A DNA stretch of 64,000 nt from Gordius albopunctatus (taxonomy: Eukaryota): positions 930,001-994,000 of the forward strand of contig OZ193910.1 in NCBI GenBank assembly GCA_964276515.1, read 5' to 3'. Below, one piece after another: positions 1 through 12,951 of this stretch (positions are counted from its first letter, which is position 1; each line of letters begins with the position of its first letter). Position numbers and translations under genes: made by a program. A model generated the notes under the pieces. It was not told the origin of the DNA, ran no database searches, and was given only the letters and a program-made list of their open reading frames with translations.

Positions 1-580
1 CCTTATATGGTCCTTTTTGCTTATTCCCAAGATATCTCTTAACATTCGCATCTGCATTGTTGCCAAGCTTTGCTCTTCTTTTGCCTTAATTACCAATGTT
101 TCCGTTCCATACAATACCCTGGTATAATAACGGTGTTATATAACCCTCCTTCTTTCAATTTGAGTGGCATTTGTTTGTCACATAGGACACCACTCAACTC
201 CCTGCATTTTAGCGAGCCTGCGTTTATTCTTGCCTTAATTTCACTTTCCACACCTCCATCACATTGTACCCTAGAACCAAGATATTTGAAATCCATCCTA
301 CACCAGTCATCGATTTGCAGGAGTTGTGTGTTTTTTTGTATCCACTTCCCGACTCTAAGCATGCAAATTCGGTTTCATCTCGGTTGACCCTAAGGCCTTT
401 GCTTTCAATACGATCAATCCACCCAGACTTTTACTTGCTCCCCATTTCAGGCAGCGCACAGTACTATATCATTCGCAAAGAGCACTGTTCAAGGTTCTTC
501 GCGTTTCAGGTCCTTAGTTATCGAATCCATTATTGCTATAAAGAGCAATGGGCTTACGCCCATGGATATATATTTGCTTA
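1..580 (-). mobile_element. RTE-clade LINE, degenerate reverse-transcriptase C-terminal fragment (runs off window start)
   Basis: Minus-strand peptide DFKYLGSRVQCDGGVESEIKARINAG...ELSGVLCDKQMPLKLK matches the FKYLGS motif and the downstream region typical of RTE RTs; flanking frames are broken by frameshifts. Confidence 0.8.
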
Positions 581-648
581 ATACCAAATAGGTCCTTATC
601 CATATGTATGACCACTTAAGGTTGAAAAATGGTTGGAGTAATTTATAT

Positions 649-830
649 TAGAGATATGCACGGGCAGCCCGCGTCCTAACGGGCTTTGAAAATAAAAAAA
701 TGTAAGGGGCCGGACTCAGGCGGCACAAACAAGGTTAATAACGGACTCGGGAGCCAAAGAATTTAATGAGGGGTTTGAAAGGGCCTAAAATTCTATAACG
801 ACCCTAGAATTTGTATTAAATTTAAACCGA
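649..830. mobile_element. Orphan left end of a hAT-type TIR element
   Basis: Starts TAGAGATATGCACGGG, similar to the TSD-flanked ends at 40968/42035 and 51835, followed by CGGG/CTCGG-rich subterminal sequence. No partner end found; the right boundary is approximate. Confidence 0.4.
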
Positions 831-2012
831 CCACAAAGGGGCTTTTAGAAAAAAATGTTAAAATATCGATACTTATTATTCAAAACATATAAATTTTAAT
901 AGTAAACAATGCAATTATTTAGAAACATTGTTACCTGTCACATACATTTATTTTGCCTTTCATGCTATATTGAATTTAAAAATTTGCTCATATTCAATTT
1001 TTCTCTTTATTATATGGCCATAAACTTTTACATAACTTCTTAAAATAGCTTATCCTTTAAAACGAATTAATATTTCATAATGAAATTCAAAATTAATGTA
1101 TGAAACCAGGGTTTCGCCTTTGGTGGGAGATAGGAAGGGGTGTTGGGGCGACTCTGTATGAACGTAGCACATTTGCTATGAAAATTATGGGCGAAGGGGA
1201 AATGGTCAAGCAAGGAGTCAGATAATACTCGTACAGCGTTATAATTGTTTTTTTCAAACACTAATAATTTACTTCAATGAATAAAGTATTGATAAATGTT
1301 TTATAAAATTAAGCTTTTCAAGCCTTTTTATACCCAAAAAAGTAAGATGTCATTTTGCATTTTATACTTCATTTTGAGGCATAGGTTCTCACTCTTTGTT
1401 TATCAAATTGTAAACTAATCAAAAATATTATTCATGGCAAAGGGAAAGGAAATAGAGGGGATCACCTTGGAAAAACCAATATTCATCCTTCTAAAACGTA
1501 CAACTTTGAATTGAGAGCTAAAGCGCATTCCTTTAACTATAATACGGTTTAAATAATAATTTTTTTGATACTTAATAAATTTGAAGAACAATTTTGGTGT
1601 AAGCGACCCATCGACTCTATTCAAATCATCATGCGCATCACATGTATAGCATAATAAACAACAAAGCAACAATGAAATCGTAACATGTTAGCTCCCTCTA
1701 GCGAGGAAAAGAATGGATTTTGGTGCGAATAATAGTTGCGACGGTGAAATGAAGGTGAAAGGATGCACTATATTCAGCGGTTTTATAAGCAAAAAGGGAG
1801 GCCTTGTAAGGGGTGTGGGGTGCAGTAAGAGGTGGGAAAAAAATTATGTAACAAATTACCAAATGGTAGAAATAATCGTTGATAATGGGATAATTTCTAT
1901 TGAATGATATGTATAAGCAATACTATTAGCACCACACACATTACAAAACGAAAAAATTCCTAATCACACTTTCGCCAGTCCTCATTTTTCTGATTGGTCA
2001 GCAGACGGCTAC

Positions 2013-2555
2013 ATGGTATGAGGGGTATAGGCAGTGTACTCCCAGTACAGATACTAATCTAATAAAAGGGGAATTTACGATGAAAGAACGCCTACCACTT
2101 ACTAGGTTTAAGGTCATGGCCATTGACATGGTTAAAACTTGGTCTCTTGAATATAAATATTCAAAAAAAATTGTCATAGCACCCACTATAAATTTGAGGC
2201 TATGGACAGAAGGGGTTATGAATTTGCAAGAAAAAATATTAATAGTCTGCCAAAAAACATCTTAATATTATTGAGTATTGTATACCAGCAGCAAGTATTA
2301 TGCTTAGTGAAAATGACATTAACAAAGTCAAAGAATTTTCAACAGCTTTGGCTCTGTGAATTGCCAAATAATTGTAAAAAATGGTTTGAGGGCAATTGTC
2401 CATTGCTTTTTAAACAATACATTTGCAAGCAAGTGGTTCTATCGGCAATTAAACTTAAATTTTGTCAACCACCTAAAGAAGCCAAAAATGTGCTTATAGG
2501 GAAAAAAAGAAAGCGAGGCAGACCCTCAAAGGCTAAATCAGCCTTTATTCTTTAG
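2013..2555 (+). pseudogene. MULE (Mutator-like) transposase C-terminal remnant with a degenerate SWIM finger and AT-hook
   Basis: Frameshifted pieces WYEGYRQCTPST...FTMKERLPL and NCPLLFKQYICKQ...IGKKRKRGRPSKAK resemble the C-terminal part of animal MULE transposases. Confidence 0.6.
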
Positions 2556-3063
2556 TATAGATTATTTAACACTCATTATATATAACAAATTTTAGGTTTT
2601 TGAAATGAAAGTTGTCTCCATCAAGAAATTTTATTTTTCATTTGAAATTGTTAAATATTTATTATTATGTATCTATATTTGTAAATATTTGTGATTATAT
2701 TCAAATAAAAATTTTAAATCTTGCCTCGATGAAGTTTAAGATTAATATAACTCTCAACAAAATTTGCAAAAAAAATACATTATAAGAATGGGCATAGTAA
2801 AATTTAAGAAGGGAAAGGCAGAGGATTTTAGAATGGGAAATATAGGTGATTAATTTTTATAGCTTTTCTAATTTGCCATTCATATATTTGAAGGGAGGAC
2901 TTAAAGGGGGAAAAAACGGATAAAAATTTAACAATGAGGTCTCTAATCTGTTTAGGTTAGCCAAAATAAAAAACTATTTTAATTTCCTCAAACTCAATTT
3001 AACTTTATTTTTTTTATAAAATATTAGCGCTAAATAGATTAATATTGAGTGTTATTTATTAAA

Positions 3064-3186
3064 ATTACTGAGCATTTTTTTGAAAATACTGAACATTTTA
3101 GATTTATAACTGAGCACTTTTAAGTTTATTTACTGAGAATTTTTGTATTTTTTACTGGGCATGATAAAATACTGAGCATTTTGAGT
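3064..3186. repeat. Degenerate short tandem repeat with an ACTGAGCA core, about 6 copies (possible MULE subterminal repeats)
   Basis: actgagca/actgaaca/actgagca/actgagaa/actgggca/actgagca at ~20-bp spacing, about 500 bp downstream of the MULE remnant. Confidence 0.55.
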
Positions 3187-6100
3187 ATTTAAATAATAAC
3201 CTTTAATATCTACTTAAATAAAAAATTAAGCGTTACGTTAATTCGTAACATATATTATTTGCGACATATTCCATATTTATTTGGTGTTAAAGTCTCTCAA
3301 TTTTTTGACATTTTCGCTTTTAAAAATATTCATTTCAGCGCCTTTAGAATCCTTGAACTTTATTGTATTTATCAATTCAATTTTGTTTTAATCGGAAGAT
3401 ATCGTTGAATCGGAGGAAATATTATAATTTTTCTTTAACTCCCTCTAATGCTCCTGTTTCTCCTAAAAGGACTCATACAATCGAAGTATTCTAAATGTAA
3501 AATACTTTTTGCCCTAAAACTCACTTTACAATTCATTTCCTATTAAGTAAACATCGCTATTCGCTCAAAGAGTAAAAACAAAAGGTTCCAAATGCTTTCT
3601 TCACTTTAGGCATCATAGCTATATATACGTATTTCTTGTGTCGTTTCGTTAAATTGATTTTAGGATAATATCTTTTATTTAGAAACGTAAATGGTAGAAA
3701 GATGTAAATAGAAAGATCTATAGATTAATAACAAATGTCGTATAAGGAAAAGCGCTAATTACTTAAGTCCGACAGATGACAAAAAAATTTAATCGACATT
3801 GACTTCTCTTGACTAGTAAAATTTAAATTCGACCTGCCCTCAAGGGATCAGTGCTGCTCCGCGCCACTGTTGATTTCTCTTAGCAACAAATGTGCAAGTA
3901 AATTACTTAGCTATCAAAGTTTTTTTAAAATCAAAAAATATTGTTACGATAAGATTTGTTTATTATTAATTATACAGGTTTAAACATAAATTTGACAAAA
4001 ATAGGGGACAATTAAGGTGGTTAGATGACGGTGCTATTTAACTTCTGGGTAGCGCTTTGTTGGATAAACTATCACATAAATAGCTTCTTCATCATAATTT
4101 GGAATAAAAGTAGATGGGTGACTTGAATCTTTCGGGATGATGCAAGAGATTTTTCGGCTTGCGTCATGCAAAAAAAAATAAGCTTCATCTCTAATCTGGT
4201 AATATAGAATAATTTTGAAAACATCACATTCGCTACTAAAGTGTTTAAATTATTTTGAGAGTAAAAGCAGCAAGAAGCCTTTGCAAAGACATTTCAGTTT
4301 AATATATTACCACATCTCCATGCATCATGAGACATATAATTTGAGCATCATTAGCTGCTGCTGCGTTATATTGGCATGTTTTAGTAACTATAATAAAACA
4401 AAACTAATATTTAGCGGCTTCATTTAAAGAATCTCAACAATTAGTGGCCAAGAAGCGTTAAATTTGATTATGTAATATCAATTATAGCATATTATTTTGT
4501 TGTGATTCGCGAGATTTATTAGGATCTCCGATTTGTCATAAAGTTATTAAAGTCAACTTCATTTTTTTGGACTTAGAAACTGGGCTAAATTTTGTATACA
4601 TCTAAATTTGTTTTAATAAATTAATTTTTGTAAAAGAAAATCTAAATTACCAAAATATTTGCCCTCTCCCCTGATCCCCATTGACTAACCCCGTGGATTT
4701 GCTTAATTAGAAGCATTTCAAAAATTATATTGTATGACTTATTAAAAAATATAACTATGTAACATTTTAAATAATTTTCCCATTAAAATATTTTATGGAC
4801 ATTTTTGAACGAGAAAAATGGATTATTATATAGTTTTTAAACACTATTATAGATTTTATATAAAATAATATAATAGTGACTCTCTTACATTTTTTGCCTA
4901 GATAAAATATATTCAAGGTTACAAATGTATAAAATTTAAGATTTTTAATAGACCGAGTTTATTTAAAATGAGTTTATATTTTTTTATATATTTATTACTT
5001 GTGACTAAAAATACAAACAAAAATTAAAGCGTAATTTGCATTAAATCTATAAAGAATTAATTTCTTACTAATAAACTTTTTTTCATCATCTAAAATAGCA
5101 AATGTAAATATATATAAAACAATTGAACGCTAAAATTAAGAGTCGATCAACTCTTAAAGGATAATGTCGCCATTTGTAAATTTATTTTCACTTACCACAA
5201 AGCATAATTAGTAATATGATAAATACATCTAATAGCTTACATCCTTTATCTAATTCTATAACTATATAAAACATTTTAAAGTTATTTGATAATACTCTGT
5301 GTAGTTTTTAAATATACAAAATTGCAAATGATTTTATCCTCAAAATAGGAGAGGTCGTCCCTCTGATTCAATTAGTCACTCTATTTATTTCTAAAACCTT
5401 TAACTTGACCTTTGTACCACAAAGTAAAAGGGTTAAACTATATCTCCTAATTTCTAATAGATGATTTCATTTACCTGGGGCTATATGATCCATTTCAATC
5501 CAAGGCACATACTCTTTATTCCCAATCTGATCACGTCTAGAATATGAGAAAATTGAATATTTATAAATAAGGTAAATTTGGTCAAACTTGTATTGGGAAA
5601 TATAGTGTACTTTTATGTACATACAGTTTAAGATAAACTATCGTTTTTATTTCCCTTAATCTACATCTCGACTTATTTATTTCATCAATTTTTGTAACAA
5701 TTTTAGATCAGGCTTTGATGGCCTTAGCTCAAATTGTTTCCTTTAAAAAGTTGCTTTTAATGAATTATTGCAATATATGATACTAAAACAATGAAATTTT
5801 AAAGATTTTTGTAAATCAAAGCTCTCTATCGACGTCTTTAAGGAAATATTAGAAATAAATGCATTTGGAAAATAAAGTTTACGTGCAATTGGGCTGTAAA
5901 ATAAAATAAACATATAAATTTATGATGTAAAATTAAAAGTGAGCTATAAATCGACTTGTGTAAACTTACAGTTTGAGACACTACAATTTATAAATAATAA
6001 AATCGCAATTTTTTTATATCTCACTCATCGTTCCCACGCACAGGCAAGCCATCATAAGTCGGAAAGAGAAATTTGGCATTGAAATAAGGGAAAGAAGAGA

Positions 6101-6545
6101 ACAAGGTTTTGACCAAAAGTTATGTGAATAAAATTAAATATGGTGGACGGGGGGTTATATATTATAAAAATTAACAATTAGATAAACAACACGTGGCAAG
6201 CCCAATCAAATTTCGGCACGTGTTTATCGTACTTCCTTTTCCCCTTAACTTTTATATACATCCGTTGTTGTTAAATGTTTCTCGCCCTCGAATATGTTAA
6301 CCGGTTATATTTGGGGGGGGGGGGGGTGCTGGAATAATTGAAACATAGTTTTCATATATACATTTTCAAACTAAATATTTGATTCTCCTTAAAATTGAAT
6401 CCATAAATTTATACAACAATATAGATTAATTATTATTTAATAGTAAGTCTATTAAATATCATCACTTTGATTCACATCATTCCCTTAACCTGACCCAAGC
6501 AAGCACGCGTCATGAGCGCTTAGCATGAGCGTTATAAATGAGCAC

Positions 6546-7564
6546 CAGAGACCGGAAATGGGCAACTGTCTTAAATTTTAATTTTCGGGCGGCACGCTGA
6601 TAAGATTCGGGCATGCCTAAAATTTTATCAAATTAATTTTCCTTGAAAAAATAAAAATTCGCTTATAAACAATTTTGGGCCATAATAAATTTGACTAGAT
6701 TTTTTTCAATCGCTTAAATCTTCATTGTACGTTTATATAATGTCCTAATTTCAATTTCTTCAAAATTAAATTTTATTTCGAATAAATTAGTTTAACTGGT
6801 TTGTCTCAAGATCAAAAATTTTTAATTTTCAGGTTATATTATAAAAGAATAAAATCCCAATGATTTAAACTGTCATGGGCGTAGACAAGGGGGGGGGCAG
6901 GAAGGGGCAGCTGCCCCCCTCTAAACTCAAAAATTTGTTAAGATTTATTAAAATTATGGCTAAATTTTCAAAATATGATCATTATTGCCCCCCTCTAATT
7001 TTAATGCTGGCTAAGCCCTTGTAAACTGCTACTCTAATACTATGGAAGAAACCATTTTACTCTCTGGTAGTAAATTATTTTATTACATTTTTATCGCCTT
7101 CAGTTAAATCTTTGCCCTACTCCATTATGGAAAGGATTGGATTATTTATATTTATGAAGCCATTTCATTGTTCGCAATACACATGTGTGCCGTCTAGACT
7201 TAAAACAAAGGCTAGCTAGTGCCATTTTATAACAATGCGCATAATTGTAATTCATTTAATTTTTTTAACAACTAAAAATTCGTTCAGCCTTTTTGATTCC
7301 TACTTATTTTTATAATATTCTTTTGCTTCAAATAAAAATTATCATTTAAAAATTTGGACCGGGCCGGGTTCGGGCAGAAAAATTCAAACAAATCCGACCT
7401 CTGTTTGGGACCTCATAAATTCGGGACTAGCGGCAAATATAATATTTCGGGCCGGGCAATTCGGGCAGCTTTAACGATTCGGGCGGACACTTAGATGGGT
7501 TCGGGCGGGTAATGAAGTTAAAAAATTGAATCGGGCAGAAAATTCCCAACAAATCTGACCTCTG
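6546..7564. mobile_element. Non-autonomous hAT-type element (~1.0 kb) with a duplicated right end and a nested MITE
   Basis: Ends CAGAG.../...CTCTG; flanks ATGAGCAC (6538-45) and ATGAGCGC (7565-72) form a 7/8 TSD; TTCGGGC subterminal repeats; the right-end block occurs twice (~7357-7403 and ~7495-7564). Confidence 0.6.
6874..7021. mobile_element. MITE of the CATGGGCGTAGCC family (hAT-type, 8-bp TSD)
   Basis: TIR CATGGGCGTAG/CTAAGCCCTTG; flanks TAAACTGT/TAAACTGC. Related copies near 16430, 16655, 19116, 23563, 27280, 28446, 32605, 33368, 40550, 42600, 48513, 52082 and 54803. Confidence 0.8.
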
Positions 7565-8316
7565 ATGAGCGCTATACCCATTGGAATAGCCAGGGGGACC
7601 ATCTGCCCCCGTCCCTAAAGCAAAAATACTTGGAATATATAATAAAAATTTGGCAAACATTTGTGGTTCCCATTTGATTTTTGCCCCTCTCTAAGGCAAA
7701 TCCTGGCTACTTCTATGACTATACCTAGGCTATGGGGTTGACTTCTCTCTGGGTTAATTTTATTAAACTTTTGTAAATAAAGTAATATAAATTGCTGCGC
7801 TATATAAGCTTTAGGTATGAAGCATTTAATTTTGTTAAACTAATATTTAGAATTTTTATGCTTATTTATAAATGTATTATATTTTAAATATGATACTAAT
7901 TAATAATCTCTTGATACATAACGTGAATGAAAAAACAATAAATTACGAAAGATTTTGGTTGGTCGGTGCAAATATTGATACAAAATTATAACTACTAAGT
8001 TTAATAACGAAAAAATGCATTAATAATTTTGCTTGGCGAGATAATATTTTCAAATACTAAAAACTACAAGCTTTCTAAAGGCTTAAGCAGTGGGCATAGT
8101 GACATCGAGTGGCCTGGAAAATAATTTTTTTCCTTAAAATTAAGTGTATTTATTGATATATAATTCGTCTACCATACTATCTTAATAATGGAATAGTATA
8201 AAGGGGACGTTTTATGACTCATGACTCCCCTAGGGTGAAGACGTGGTAAACTGGCAACAATGTCTTTCTCTATAGTTGTTTGTCGAGCTTGAAGGTTAAC
8301 TGCTTTTTCGAATCTG

Positions 8317-8557
8317 GTGCAAAATGTAATATGTGCAAAATGTAATAATCGCATTTTAGAAATTGAGACCGGTTTTCACGCATATTCATACGCATGTAAT
8401 ATGTACTAAAAAACTACGTAATAAAAGGATACTATAATTGTTAATTGAAACAAAATAAGTTATATCAAAATGTATAATACTATTTTATAAATAAATACAT
8501 ATTATCAAATAAATCACTAAATCTAACGCTAACCCTTGCCTATATTACATTTTGCAC
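8317..8557. mobile_element. Small inverted-repeat element (MITE-like)
   Basis: GTGCAAAATGTAATAT (8317, repeated once in tandem) pairs with ATATTACATTTTGCAC (ends 8557); no TSD established. Confidence 0.45.
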
Positions 8558-10952
8558 ACAAGTGGCCTTTTCCGCGAATTTTTTCCTCATTCGCTTTAAC
8601 GCCTACCTCTTTAATATTATGTTTTTAAATTAGTTTACATCTTCTCTACCCTAATCATAATTATATTTTATCTTAAACGAATAATACAAACTGTATTAAC
8701 AACGAAAACATCGAATGTTTACTGCTAAATAAGTTTAAACCAATCAGACACCGACCCAGGCTTTTCTCAAAGGGGGGGGGGGAAATAAATTAACATATAT
8801 CTTTTAATTTTATAAATAACAACGAAATGTATGATTAATTTATCTCATACATTCATTTAAATTAATTTCTTTTAAGTTATATAAATTTTGGAATTGCGCA
8901 TAGAATATCTTGATGGATGCTATAAATTATGATAAACATGTAATTAATATCACAAAACTAACTCCCATTTTTCCTTTTTAAATATTAATATCTCAACTTG
9001 TTTTATCGCCTAACACATACACTCGATTAAAATTAATTTATCATGATTATTTATTAAACGAATGATTAAAATGTATAAAAAAACATTATTTTACAAACAT
9101 GATTCAAAAAATTAGAGTTTTTGAAAAAAATAATCAAATTTTCTCCTTTCATTTTCCCACAATATTGCCACAGCCGTTATTGGCCTTAAAATCAAAATTG
9201 TTTGATAATACAGACAGACAGACAGACAGACAGACTCATTTTAATGAGAATATCAGCATTTTATATGTGAAATAATTGCGGGTTTGTTAATATTTTGAAA
9301 AAGATAATAATAACCCCATTTAGGAGTGCCACAATTAAAAGTATACTCTAAACAGGGCCATCTATAGTTAATTTTAATTAGGCATTAATTTCAGTATATA
9401 TATATATCTCTATTTCAGGCTCGTAGCCAGGATTTTCTCATGGGGCAAGTGGAATTCAAAAAACTTTTCCACACTTTTGTTTATAAGATGTAACAAAAGT
9501 AAACTTCGCGTATGCCAAACTTCAAGGCGCCATATAACCAGCTTTGAAAAAATATCTTTTCTTCATAAATCAGAGCATTTACTACCGATTGAATCAATAT
9601 GTATGGAATATATTTAATATTAAAAAAATTCCTAAGTGTAGTAAATATTATATATTTTTGCAAAAAATTTAAAATTTGGCAATTATTTACCTAAGTATAG
9701 TTGACCCTTAGGGTATGTGAATAATTTTATAATAGCTTTATCAAATATTTGTTTCCAGGGTACTAGTTAATATCACAAAACTTTAAGCTTAGAATATTAT
9801 TAAAATTTCGCAGTTACTCACCCTGCATTATGCGGTAATTATAAATTGGTGCTCAATCAGTTTGAATAATTAAACAAGTTAAGCTAAGGATTTCAAAAGT
9901 AGAATAGAATATTTAATGATACCATAATAGATTAAATCTAAATCATGAGTTATCTAGAACTTTTTAAGCCTCAAATAATAATAGTAAACACCCCAATTTT
10001 TGAATTTTAATAAGACACTAGGTGAATACATAGTTTTGTCATATGCATTACTTTTTATATTATAAGCTGGGTTGGCAGGTGCATTTAAATTTACTATAAT
10101 TTCCATAATTGTTCAATATGAAACAAATACACGAACTTATTGTATTCGATAAATAATTATTTAATGGTAAAGTTTGTTAGAATTGGAAAGTAATTATTTA
10201 GAATATAAATTTGATTAAAATAATTTTTGTCACAAAATTAAATACGTGCACTTTATTTAAAGTTTAAAACCTTATGTTCGTAATCCTATAATAATGCTGC
10301 TTTTATTGTTGTTTTTATAAGGTTTTAATATGTGCATCTAGTTATTAATTCTAAAAAAGTCACTCTCACTTTGTGGTTTATAACATTATAGTAATTATGC
10401 AATAGACACTATGGACTATAATTGATGATGGTAATATCAATGGACTTAAACGTTTGCCTTAAATAGTTTTAGGTTAATTTTGAAGCTCAGGGTTTATAAA
10501 GGACCTCAATTTGCTCAATCGTATAAATTTTATATACTTCAACTTTATTTATAGTTTTTTTAGTCTGGACTTTCCATAAAAAATATCTTTATGAATTAAT
10601 TCATATCTTTATATCGTCAATGAGATGTCGTGTCCCGCTAAATGTTTAAAAAGTTTGTATATTAAAGATTTTCAAAAAATAAAAAAATTTGCGATTTAGA
10701 TTTTTTAACACTTATTGAATATTTTTAATAAAACAGGAGAAATCTTTATTCCGTATATATTTTTTTAGAAAAGTCGAGACGAGATCGAGATTTTCATAAT
10801 CGCTTCCGAGACGATATTTTATTTTCGAGACCGAGACGAGATCAAAAAACTACCCTTATAAAACAGTGAAGAACGAAATTATATAATTAAAATGCTTTTA
10901 TTCGCTAATATTGGTACAAGAAATATACAATAAACGGGCTTAAAATAATATT

Positions 10953-12540
10953 ATAAATAAAAAAAATATAATTCATCACAATCGTCAATAGCCAACACGG
11001 GCCATGTGTCAGAAAAAGATTTGTAATTATATTTAGCTATCAGAATGCCGATTTTTTGGCGTAAAATAAAGTTGGGTGAGTATTTAGCTTTGGGGGATCT
11101 GTTTCCTATCGATTTAAAAAAGCTAATGCTTTTTTGCCAAAAGTGGCCGAACAGGAAGCTACTATTGGAATAAAAATCTTAGAATGAGCAATGGCTCGGT
11201 ATTTGAGTGTTTTGCGATCTTCGGCACAAGAAAGTGGGTTATAATTATTATTAGTTGGCGCAAAAATATCGATGCAGGTAAAGTCCCATGCTAGGAACTT
11301 ACCATCCTCCCAGGGGATCATAGAAGCTCCGTCGGGACGCATTCTACCTTCTAAAGAAGGATCGGATGGTTCAAGGATGGAAGGAGTGCCGGCCTTTTTT
11401 AAAGCCGATTGTATTAAAATGTTTATCTTTTGATGTCGGATAAAGCGATATTTGTTTAACTTGCAATGAAGTGGGTGATAAGCCCAGATATCTATTTCAT
11501 TATTGCAAATTTTGCAGGGATATCCTATGGTAACTTTAATACCTAGGCGGAGAGCTATTGGGTACGAAACTTCTGGATTTGAAAGCAAATGTCCTGAGTG
11601 TTTACTTGGGATACATTCAAGCCATTCGTGACCAGAGTCGGCCTAAGCCACCTGAGATTAAAATGCTGCACAGTATCACAACTCGAAAGTAGGTAAGCGA
11701 CGGAGCGCGATACTATACTTGCATCCCAATCTCGTTGTTTGACTGACTCCAGAAGGGTGGTTCCTGGTATGACGTTCTCATGCCAAGCCAATATGGCCAA
11801 TTGTGTTAAAAAATCATTTTATTGAGAGGTTAATTCAAAAACAAGATCCTTCACAGATTTAAAGGACGAGAGAAAAGCCACAAGGAAAATGGTGAGTGGG
11901 GACCTAATTTCTAAGCCCCAAAATTTGGTTGGAAGGGTGGCCTGCAGCCAGCTGGTATTATCAAAAGGTAGATTCAAAATTTTTTCAAGGAGATCTTTAA
12001 TTGTAGATCCATATACTCTTAAAATATCTGTATGTAAAAAAGCTGCAGCTGATCTAAAACAGTGCTAAATTTCGGAGATGTTTAAAAAAAAATTTATCAT
12101 TAAAAATGAAACCTATACCAATTTCTTATAGCCCCAAGCTTTAATAGAAGGGCCTCGACCTCTGCCAGCTGCCGGAAATAACTCTTTTTGGCGGGATGGG
12201 AGACCTCAATTTAATTTCCGACGAGTCTTATGGTGTAGCCGTGATCTAATTAAACTTGATTGCCAGGCAGATAGTTTTCAGCTAGTCATAAATTGGTATT
12301 AATTCTTCCAGTATCATAGGGACTTCCGTGAGCTTGGCACAATGGATGGCAAACCGGGCTTCTTGTCTATCCCTTTTAGGTGTTTTGTTATATGGGTCTT
12401 AGATCAGCTCCTTATAATCTTTACGATGTCTAAGGGTGTCCGCCAAGACCGACACAACCGTTTGAGGTGGTTCGGGTGCAGGTATAATTTTCATTGTAAG
12501 CGGCTGCTGTGCTGGAGCCGGCGGCGGCTAATAATTCAAT
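10953..12540 (-). mobile_element. CRE-like non-LTR retrotransposon with restriction-like endonuclease, internally deleted copy 1
   Basis: Minus-strand ALRLG..CKIC..HPLHC..RFIRH (zinc knuckle) and EP..RPDG..PW..G..L.WDFTC (PD-(D/E)xK-type RLE); upstream QATLPTKF.GL; N-terminal-like sequence near 12300-12540 with the RT core missing. The 5' boundary is approximate. Confidence 0.75.
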
Positions 12541-12951
12541 GCACCTAATTCTGAAATTGTTAACTTTTTGGATTTTCGAATGTAGTTTTTTGGTTTCAAT
12601 TTACATGAACATATAGTCTTTGTTACGTTCAAGAGCTGACATTTTAAATATATATTTTTCATACTGTCATATCACAAAGTAATACCACACAAGGTTAATT
12701 TATTGTAAAAGTGATAATTAATATTATATGGAGTAGAAAAAAAATCAAAAAAGGCGTGTTTAAAAAGTAAGTGGAAGGCGTGTTATTTTTGTTAACAATA
12801 ACATACAAATTCATTAACGCGATGTGTATACTCAGGAATAGTGAGTTTAAAAAAATGCGTGTTTACGATTTGTTATTTATCAATTGGAATAGAGAATATA
12901 TAGCCTGAGGCATCAAATAACAACCGCGAATTTTAAAATAACGTGTATCAT

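Noticed and set aside
1067..1907. Short ORFs 1067-1261, 1415-1672 and 1713-1907
   Set aside because: No recognisable motifs or splice-consistent model; probably decayed TE interior.
4000..4560. Slightly GC-richer stretch that might be a decayed transposase on the minus strand
   Set aside because: No motif could be recognised with confidence.
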